A stretch of DNA of 64,000 nucleotides from Macrostomum lignano (Eukaryota), in contig NIVC01001783.1 of NCBI GenBank assembly GCA_002269645.1, positions 62,001 through 126,000 on the forward strand, written 5' to 3'. A model generated the notes under the pieces. That model saw nothing but the letters and a program-made list of their open reading frames with translations. It did not search any database and had not been told where the DNA came from. This document shows positions 54,874 through 64,000 of this stretch, piece after piece. Position 1 is the stretch's first letter. Each line of letters begins with the position of its first letter. Made by a program: the position numbers and the translations under genes.

Positions 54874-56130
54874 ATGGCCGGAAACATTAGCCAATTGCTG
54901 CTTTTTCCGTTGCTTCTGCTACTGCTGCTTCTGTCCAGCCCGGCCGTGTCCCAGGATGAGGAAGGCGAAGAACATCATTCTCGGGTTGGCGATCCGAAGT
55001 ACTGGACGGCCGAGTGCTTCAGCCAGTGCTACCTGATCTACCTGCGGTGTATTGGGAATATTTTCCCACCTGGTCGGCTCAACAATCAGGAAATGGTGGA
55101 GCTGTTTAAGAATAAGTCGCTTCATTTTCACGAACGAATTGAAGCCTGCAGCGCCAAATACAGCGCCACCATCAACATTGAGGATGAGTGAGCCACTTTG
55201 GTAGATAGATTACACAGTTAAACTGTGATTGTAGATAGACACAATTCGTAGTAGATAGACACATTGACTGCAGATAGACAAAAAGTGGTAGGACTCGCTA
55301 GCAGTAGATAGACACAAAGTGGTAAAACAGACACATCGATGGTAGACAGACACATTGGTAGTAGATAGACACATTGGTGGTAGATAGACACATTGGTAGT
55401 AGATAGACACATTGGTAGTAGATAGACACATTGGTAGTAGATAGACACATTGGTGGTAGATGGACGCATTGTGATGGTAGAGAGTCACATTGTAATGATA
55501 GATAGACGAATTGATGGTAGATAGACACATTGGTAGTAGATAGACACATTGGTGGTAGATAGACGCATTGTGATGGTAGAGAGTCACATTGTAATGATAG
55601 ATAGACGAATTGATGGTAGACAGACACATTGGTAGTAGATAGACACATTGGTGGTAGATAGACACATTGATGGTAGATAGACACATTGGTAGTAGATAGA
55701 CACATTGGTGGTAGATGGACGCATTGTGATGGTAGAGAGTCACATTGTAATGATAGATAGACGAACTGATGGTAGATAGACACATTGATGGTAGATAGAC
55801 ACATTGGTGGTAGATAGACACATTGTTGATAGACAGACATAAAGGTGGTAGACAGACACATTGTGCTAGATAGACACATTGATGATAAACACATTTGTGG
55901 TAGATAGACAGTGCTAGGGGTCCTTGACACTGTGTTCATATTGTAGTGGTTGCAGGATGTCTTTACTACAAAGTCAAACTCGAAAATCTGAATTTCTGAA
56001 AAGTTGATTCGCAAATTGCGCTTCCAGCGACACTCGGACAGCTCGAATAGCCGAGCTGAACGCCACAGTTGGCGTCATGAGCAACTTTGACCTCTGCGTC
56101 TTCACCCAGTGCGGCGCTGGCGGCTTCTAG
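54874..56130 (+). CDS. Putative secreted six-cysteine protein, 138 aa, 2 exons
   Basis: Exons 54874-55187 (GA|gtgagc) and 56028-56130 (cttccag|C), 417 nt in frame. Leu-rich signal peptide ending AVS-Q; Cys motifs ECFSQCYLIYLRC, EACS and DLCVFTQC. Confidence 0.75.
55220..55910. repeat. ~21-bp GATAGACAC-based minisatellite with internal block duplications
   Basis: Direct inspection; intron of the six-Cys gene. Confidence 0.9.
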
Positions 56131-56175
56131 TGAGTCTGCGACTGCTTTTAGTGGTATTTCATCGGCATCTTCCTT

Positions 56176-56363
<188 letters not shown>

Positions 56364-58059
56364 TCAAAATGTACGAGCTAATTAGTAATTACCTGTGATT
56401 TATAAGCTCCGTATCTTTGACTTTCAGCGGCAGTTTCAACGTCAATGCCGTGGTCTATAAAACGGTCCTGTCAATTGTTAACAAAAAAGTCGACGATAAA
56501 TACGATTTTTACTTTCAAATGAATACTTTTTAAATACAGTAATGATATGCTTGAACAATACTATCAGTAGGGTTTTACGATCTTACAAGTGGCAAAGCGA
56601 TATAATTACTTGTATTGATCGCGTATGCTACAATGTTAATTTCAATTAAACATTTAAAACAATTGGAAAATAGGTGTATAATTTGGTAGAAAATTAGATC
56701 GACTATTATCAGTGCTAAGAAAGCCATCCTCTGCAAGTTGCATCGCATATCTATCTAGACACCAATGTGTCTATTTTTCTGTTAGAATTCGAACCAATTA
56801 AAGGATACTGACTATTACGCGCGTATGTTAAATTTTCGAGATTAAATTTGAAACCGTTAACCCTGAAAAAATGGTGTGTTAACACCCCTGGATAAAGTTG
56901 TATTGCGGTAGAAGCCTCTTGTTGTGATTGTCTAGAGAGCCTGTGGTTGTATATTGCATTGAAAGCATCTGCTAAAGTGCACACAAAGTTGCTAGCTAGT
57001 AGGAGCCCCATGACGTGGTAGCCTGCTGTTGTGGTGGAGAGCCTCTGGTGGTATTGAAAGCATCTGCTAAATATAAAGGGATAAAGAACCTCTGGTTGTG
57101 GTAGAGAGCCTGCAATTGTAGGAAGAACGGTTTGTGTAAGTATCTTTTTGTGATAGAGAACCTCTGGTTGTCGTATAGAACCTCTGGACGTTGTGGCAGA
57201 GCCTGTTTTCGCATTACTAGAAAGCCTGTTCTGTGGCAGAAGAGTCTGTTGTTGCAGTAGAAAGCCTCGCGTAGTATTGCGGTAGAGAGCCCCGCGTAAT
57301 TGCGGGTAGTGTCGCGACTTTCCTAGTCATTTCTTTAGTTCACCTTCACTTGTCTCTGTTTACTCTGTTTTCTCTCTCTGTCTAGCTCAATCTCGTTATT
57401 CTTATCTCTCTCTCCCTTGCTGCCTTCTGATTGGCTCTCCATCCTCGCCTTTCTTTAGTCGCGCACTCCCACCCCTCTCTTTATTATCTGCAATTCAAAC
57501 CCCCTAAGTTAATGTCTGGTATAAATACACTGGTTTGGGCCCTGCGCCCACTTACTGGCTCCAATTTAACTCCATGTAAATATATTCTTAGTTTTTAGTC
57601 TTATTTTCTCGACAGGTAGAGAGGCCTCGCGTAGTATTGAAATTGCTGTATTAAGCTTTCATCTGCTTAAGTGCCTGCAAGCAGTGAGAGCCTATAAAGT
57701 TGTGGCAAAGAGCCATTGATAGATAGTCTAAAATCTATCTAGACAGTAGTAGAATTGCAGTACATCGCACACAGATGCGCATTATTTCTTCTGCACACAA
57801 GGGTCACGTCTCCTTAAGACAATTCCTGAGCGTTTACAGATCAATTTACAATGCGAAGATTCTCACTCGAAAACTTAATTGTGTTTATCTTACCTCGGCT
57901 ACTTTCGAAGACTAAGTTAAATATAAACAAATGCTATCTAGTTCTTGACTTGAAATTTAAACCAACTAATTAGATTAACTGCAGAGATGCAGAAAGTTGC
58001 GCTTGAAATTTAGAGTGACAACATTGACGGAGACACTGAGCCAAACGATGTTGCAGGCT

Positions 58060-61000
58060 ATGTTGCTGCTTCTAGTGGCTACTTGCACCGTAGCACAGTC
58101 AACCACAGAAATTGGCCAAGCTGTTGACATCGACTGTCTAGTTGGTTTCGAGGCTGTCAACGGTGTCTGCACGGACGTTGACGAGTGCCAGCGGTTGAAC
58201 GACGATGGGAGTGGCGTGCTGGAAGAGGATCGCCGAGACATCTGCGGTAACTACGTGCACAGCCACCGGCCCGGCTACCGGTGCGTCAACACGCCGGGCT
58301 CCTATCGGTGCGAGCGAATCGTTGACTGCGGATTCGGCTACCGGCTGAATGAGACGCTGGGTGTCTGCATCGGTGAGGATTCGGAGCTGGGGATCTTTGC
58401 GCGATGGGTGGATTGGTCTAAAACTCGAAAGACCTGACTTTCTCATGGTTGGACATGCGCACTCTCTGTGCCTTTGGAGTTGGCCATCGTAGGCGGGAAT
58501 CACTTGACAATTTATATAGGCCAAATTAACGGCCTATTAACGCTCGGAATCGAATCTAGGAACCTAAAACCTCTGATCTACTCTTCCCACGGTCTTTGTA
58601 TCTGGAGGAGTGTTGTTTGTTGGGACTCTACATTTCGATTCAAAACGATGACAACGAAATTGAAGACCTCTATTAGATTGAGCAGATAATAAAATTCTGT
58701 ATGATTTATAGGGATTGAAAAAGAGAAGTGGATTGAATAGCGGGATGTAAATTGGACTAGATAGTTGGATCTAAACGGGACTAAATAGTGGGTTCAAACG
58801 GGACTAAATAGTGGAATCTAAAACGGGACTAAATAGTGGATTCAAATGGGACTACTGGGATCGAAACGGGACTACATAACGGGATCGAAATGGGACTACA
58901 TAGCGGGATCGAAACGGGAATATAATTACTTGTACATGTACCGTAAATATACATTCGCAATGCGGGTACAGGATAATTAGAAGTTCAAGTCTAATTCATC
59001 ATCGAAATTCACCAAAACACTCCCGCAGACATTGACGAATGCGCAGTTCTTGGCTATGAAGCGGCTTGCGGTCTGAAACTGCCAATCAAGGTGTGCATCA
59101 ACCTCGAAGGCTCGTTCCGCTGCGACTATCGCACCTGTCCGCCAGGCAGATACCTCGACAGAACCACCGGCGAGTGCAATCCATGTCGACGAGGCTACGC
59201 TAAAAACTTGCTGGATGAATGCGTTGACATCGACGAGTGCGGTAGCCGAAAAGACAGCTGCCCGCCTCACATGCGATGCGTGAACTACATTGGCGGCTAC
59301 GAGTGCAAGCATAAGATCTTCTGTCCTATGGGTCGGCGGGCCAACTACAATGGGACTCTGTGCATCGGTGAGTTACCGCAGAGAGAGAGATAGGAAGGGT
59401 GGAGAGGCCCAATTAAATTGCTTCGATTGTAATTCGATAATATTTTAGGATCTTTCCTTTATCATCGGCAATCATCATATTTGGGTGTCTGTCCTTCGGG
59501 AACAATTGATCCCGCGTTCCTAAAAGTCACTGGAAAATTCCAATTGCACTTAGCTCATAAGGACTGAGAGGTGGCATGTGCACCTTAAATCCAACTCTAG
59601 CCATAACTCTCCACTCTCTTCTCACTAGGCCTAAGCTGGGGCCAAGTGTGACGCAAATTGCATCATCCACAGTTGATACGAAAACCGCGGACGTGATGTG
59701 AATTGGGGGTGAGATCTGAGAAATAGCTCAATGGTCAGGCCACGATAAAGATGTGCTAGACTTGAACGGTATAAAGAGAATTGCCCGAAAAGTTAGTTGA
59801 TATAACAAGCTGTCTATGGCCAAAACTCTATTTAGCTGGTCGGAAATTTCTGAGGTTTATTTTTAGAAAACGAAACACATCGTCTATGGTAGTGGGTGGG
59901 GCTTCGTTCCCACGCCCCCGTCACTCACTCTCAAAGTGCTGTTGGTTTAAGCGAAAATGTCTATGGTACAATGCCAATGCTTTGCGCGCATTAACGCCGT
60001 TATGCATCATTAAGTAATGCATCATTTTGAATTTTAAAGTTTACATGATAATTAAATGCTCTGTTGGAAAATTCCACCACTGGCTTCACTGATTAACCAT
60101 TCTTATTTGATTCTGCGTGCAGGATTGCTGATCTGGCACGCCCAAGCGTGCAGAATTGATGTTGTCTATGGCAAATTATCCTTTAGGTCTAATGCATCTT
60201 ACGTGCAGGATTGCAATTTATTTTTAGACAACAAGAAAAAAACGAGTGAAAATTGGTTAATATCATTACTAGTTTTTCGCTTGCGATCAGATGCTACTCA
60301 AATACAAATTCAATGACGTTGGTGTCACCATTGGCTCTAATCTTCAAATTCTTCCGATTTTCCGGAATAACTCGCACACAGCGCACCGAGCCCGACGTAG
60401 GATCGTTGATCACGTCAACTGGGTCACTTGCCTCACTGCGTACAACTTGAGGGTCGGCCGTAGTAGCCACCTCCACGGCAGCCGTTAGTTGATGGCTCAT
60501 AGCACAAATCGCTTGTTCGCGTTTATTCCCGCGTCGAATGTAGCGCTCGACGGATGCACCTCGCTTGTGGCCAGTCACTTTAGCGATAGTTTCGACATTA
60601 AATCCAGCGTCGTGAAGTTCTGTGATTACAGTTGCACGCACAGTCTAGTCAGTCGCTAGCAGCTTCTCTAAATCGGTGTCAGCAATTGCATCCAACATGG
60701 GCAGCAGCCATTCGTTCTCTCTTTCCCACTTGCTAGAAATGGCTGCAATTGCCACCTCTTCGGATGACAAACCGTCGACGGTTGCGTATCGCATGTCCAT
60801 AAGCGGAGGAAGAATCGACGGGTTGATTAGAGAAACCATTGCTTTGTTTTTATAGTGGCAACTAGCTTTCAATTGTAATCTCCTTTCGTTACCCCCTCCC
60901 CTCACCATCTCCAGCGTGCAAGATTGATTTTGTCTATGGTTAAAATGTGGGGGCTTCGCCCCCACGCCCCCAGCGGGGGCTCTGCCCCGCACCCCCGCTA

Positions 61001-63340
61001 GCAGCGGGTAATGTCTATAGTAATATCAATTATAACCTTTTTTGGGCAGAATGTAAAATGAAAGAATCAAATAAGAATGAGATTCATGCACGCCAACTCG
61101 TGCGTCTATGGCAAAGAGCACTCTTTGTTTAACAAAGCTCTAATGCACTTGAACTTGGACAATGAACTTTGATTTGCAGACATTGACGAATGCGCAGAGC
61201 ACCCGAAAATCTGCGGAGTTGGTCGCAATTGCATCAACTTGGATGGTTCTTACAGATGCGAATCTAAACAGTGCGGTAGATTGCAAGAGTAGGTGGACTT
61301 TGGTCACTGAAAAATGCTTTGTTTAAATCTACGAAATTTAAAGTACGCCCGCCTCTGCGATCCGAATTTCTGCAGGCTAAATTCACAGAGTGGAGAATGC
61401 GTCTGCACTGAAGGATTTCGAATGAATGCGACTTCAAAATTGTGCGAAGGTATAGAAAAATTGTGTTTTTGAGTGAGGTGGGTGTTTTGGAGTGAGGTGA
61501 GTGTTTTGGAGTGAGGTGGGTGTTTTGGAGTGAGGTGGGTGTTTTGGAGTGAGGTGGGTGTTTTGGAGTGAGGTGAGTGTTTTGGAGTGAGGTGGGTGTT
61601 TTGGAGTGAGGTGGGTGTTTTGGAGTGAGGTGGGTGTTTTGGAGTGAGGTGGGTGTTTTGGAGTGAGGTGGGTGTTTTGGAGTGAGGTGGGTGTTTTGGA
61701 GTGAGGTGGGTGTTTTGGAGTGAGGTGGGTGTTTTGGGATGAGGTGGGTGTTTTGGAGTGAGGTGGGTGTTTTGGAGTGAGGTGGGTGTTTTGGAGTGAG
61801 GTGGGTGTTTTGGAGTGAGGTGGGTGTTTTGGAGTGAGGTGGGTGTTTTGGAGTGAGGTGGGTGTTTTGGAGTGAGGTGGGTGTTTTGGAGTGAGGTGGG
61901 TGTTTTGGAGTGAGGTGGGTGTTTTGGAGTGAGGTGGGTGTTTTGGAGTGAGGTGGGTGTTTTGGAGTGAGGTGAGTGTTTTGGAGTGAGGTGGGTGTTT
62001 TGGAGTGAGGTGGGTGTTTTGGAGTGAGGTGGGTGTTTTGGAGTGAGGTGGGTGTTTTGGGGAGTGAGGTGGGTGTTTTGGAGTGAGGTGGGTGTTTTGG
62101 AGTGAGGTAGGTTTGAGGAGGATGCTATTGGTTGTTATAAAAGCTTTTTAATATCACTTTAACACAATTCAGACATCAACGAGTGCACAGAAGGCAGGCA
62201 CAACTGTGACGCCAACGATGTTTGTCGAAATACACGCGGTCATTATGACTGCTTATCCAGAGACAAGGTTTGCGAGCCGGGCTTCGGGTTAAGCTTCGAC
62301 CACTCCAGCTGCGTTGGTAAGATTCAGCAATAAAAAGTCTAATTGAGCATTAAAAATTGTTTCTCAAGCTAATCTGCATTGACAGATATTGACGAGTGCC
62401 GGTTGGGTCATCACAAGTGCAGCGAACGCGAAGTGTGCAACAACACTCACGGATCCTATGTCTGCGAATGCTCGCCCGGATTCCACAGGGTTGGCGGCAG
62501 TAGGGAGTGCACAGGTAGGAAATTGCTTCTTTGGTGTGTTGCTACGCTCGTATTCCTTAAAGTTCATTCATGTGTTGCCATTGCCTGGCGCTTTGATGTG
62601 CCGGTCGCGATTCCCTGATCCTTTGATGTGCCGCCATTTCCTGATCCTTTGATGTGCCGCCATTTCCTGATCCTTTAATGTGCCGCCATTTCCTGATCCT
62701 TTGATGTGCCGCCATTCCATGGCTTTTTGAGGAGCCGCCATTTCCTAATCCTTTGATGTGCCCCGTTTTTTACGACGATTATTCTTTATAAGCCGAAGTT
62801 CCATGGTTCTTTGATGCACCGCCATCATCTGGTCAATTGTTGTATCGTCATTCCCTCTATTTTTTTGATGAGCCGCCATTCTCTTGTTGCTTGATGATAT
62901 TCTTAAACTTACCTCGCTGCCTCACCCAGACATCGACGAATGCACTTTAAAAAATGGAAGCAGCCCGTGCCCGGCACACCTGCAGTGCCGGAACAGCCCC
63001 GGTTCGTACACCTGCGTTTGTCCCCTTGGTTACCAGCCAAACAACGCTTCTGACATTGTCAACGCATCCCTGACATGCGTTGACATCGATGAATGCGCGC
63101 AGTTGCCCGACATCTGCGGCAGCGTTGGCACCTGCCGTAACAGTCCAGCAGGCGCCTACACTTGCACCTGTCCCGGCGGCTACATGGCCACGGACGTGGT
63201 TCGGGGCACCTGCGCAGACATCGACGAGTGCCAGTTAAACGCCTGTCCAGCAGGGGCCGCGTGTCGCAACACGCCTGGCAACTACGACTGCCAGTGTCGA
63301 CCGGGGTTTCTGTTCGTGCGGCAGAAGAACCTCTGCGAAG
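58060..63340 (+). CDS. Secreted calcium-binding EGF-repeat matrix protein (fibulin/fibrillin-like), 3'-incomplete
   Basis: Exons 58060 (or 58048)-58372, 59029-59367, 61180-61288, 61376-61449, 62173-62316, 62386-62514, 62930-63340, with consistent phases. Signal peptide MLLLLVATCTVAQ followed by repeated D(I/V)(D/N)EC...C.NT.GSY.C.C..G(F/Y) modules. No stop is reached. Confidence 0.92.
58740..58915. repeat. ~22-bp degenerate minisatellite (GGGACTAAATAGTGGATTCAAA)
   Basis: Direct inspection. Confidence 0.8.
59811..61111 (-). mobile_element. Crypton-like tyrosine-recombinase transposon remnant in intron 2 of the EGF gene
   Basis: Minus-strand recombinase C-terminal motifs, seven GTCTAT(G/A)G motifs, 27-bp direct repeats and GC-rich hairpins. 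Boundaries are inferred from the outermost motifs. Confidence 0.65.
60294..60644 (-). pseudogene. Tyrosine recombinase C-terminal fragment (box II)
   Basis: (stop)TVRATVITELHDAGFNVETIAKVTGHKRGASVERY matches the HxxR(A/T)...L...G......I...TGH.....S...Y signature. The His position is occupied by TAG (60647-60645), in frame with the upstream ORF. Confidence 0.8.
61470..62110. repeat. 19-bp minisatellite (GAGTGAGGTGGGTGTTTTG)
   Basis: Direct inspection. Confidence 0.97.
62590..62880. repeat. 26-bp minisatellite (CTGATCCTTTGATGTGCCGCCATTTC)
   Basis: Direct inspection. Confidence 0.85.
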
Positions 63341-63354
63341 GTGATTGGTGCTTC

Positions 63355-64000
63355 TGGTAGCGCTTGCCTGATTGCTGCTTCTAATAGTCTTTCCTGATTG
63401 TTGCTTTTGGTAGCGCTTGCCTGATTGCTGCTTCTATTAGTCTTTCCTGATTGTTGCTTTTGGTAGCGCTTGCCTGATTGCTGCTTCTAATAGTCTTTCC
63501 TGATTGTTGCTTTTGGTAGCGCTTGCCTGATTGCTGCTTCTAATAGTCTTTCCTGGTTGTTGCTTTTGGTAGCGCTTGCCTGATTGTTGCTTTTGGTAGC
63601 GCTTGCCTGATTGCTGCTTCTAATAGCCTTTCCTGGTTGCTGCTTCTGGTAGTCTTTCCTGATTGCTGCTTCTGGTAGTCTTTCCTGATTGCTGCTTCTA
63701 ATAGTCTTTCCTGATTGTTGCTTTTGGTAGTTTTTCCTGATTGCTGCTTCCAATAGTCTTTCCTGGTTGCTGCTTTTGGTAGTCTTTTCTGATTGTTGCT
63801 TTTCCTGATTGCTGCTTCTGGTAGTCTTTCCTGGTTGCTGCTTCTGGTAAGGTCTTTCCTGATTGCTGCTTCTAGTCTTTCCTGGTTGCTGCTTCTGGTA
63901 GTCTTTCCTGATTGCTGCTTCTGGTATTCTTTCCTGATTGCTGCTTCTAATACTCTTTCCTGATTGTTGCTTTTGGTAGCGCTTGCCTGATTGCTGCTTC
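63355..64000. repeat. Compound minisatellite (CCTGATTGCTGCTTCTAATAGTCTTT / CCTGATTGTTGCTTTTGGTAGCGCTTG), running to the window end
   Basis: Direct inspection. Confidence 0.92.

Overview
Eukaryotic, intron-rich animal DNA with GC-rich exons in AT-rich introns packed with minisatellites. The style resembles a Macrostomum-type free-living flatworm, but the species is inference only. I reconstructed seven spliced protein-coding genes by hand from GT-AG boundaries and frame continuity: (1) an ARHGAP17/44/SH3BP1-family BAR-RhoGAP (+, 9292-26522, 8 exons); (2) ALDH8A1 (+, 28964-38121, 9 exons, with a 1-nt frameshift in exon 2); (3) an unrecognised Trp-rich prepropeptide (+, 42139-42801); (4) an unrecognised 78-aa membrane microprotein (+, 45374-46220); (5) a PLP-dependent Thr/Ser dehydratase with an ACT domain (-, 47521-53787, 7 exons); (6) an unrecognised six-cysteine secreted protein (+, 54874-56130); (7) a calcium-binding-EGF-repeat matrix protein that runs off the right edge (+, from about 58060). 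Mobile DNA includes a long inverted-repeat structure enclosing scrambled Ty3/gypsy and non-LTR fragments (1-3943), a MITE with a 9-bp TSD, tRNA/CORE-type SINEs, and a Crypton-like tyrosine-recombinase remnant (59.8-61.1 kb). That remnant shares its GTCTATGG motif with a 187-bp palindromic element at 9765-9951. Most long ORFs in the supplied track are read-throughs of tandem repeats, not genes. There are no rRNA genes, no intact tRNA genes and no CRISPR arrays. Repeat boundaries are approximate, and all homology calls come from motif recognition, not database searches.
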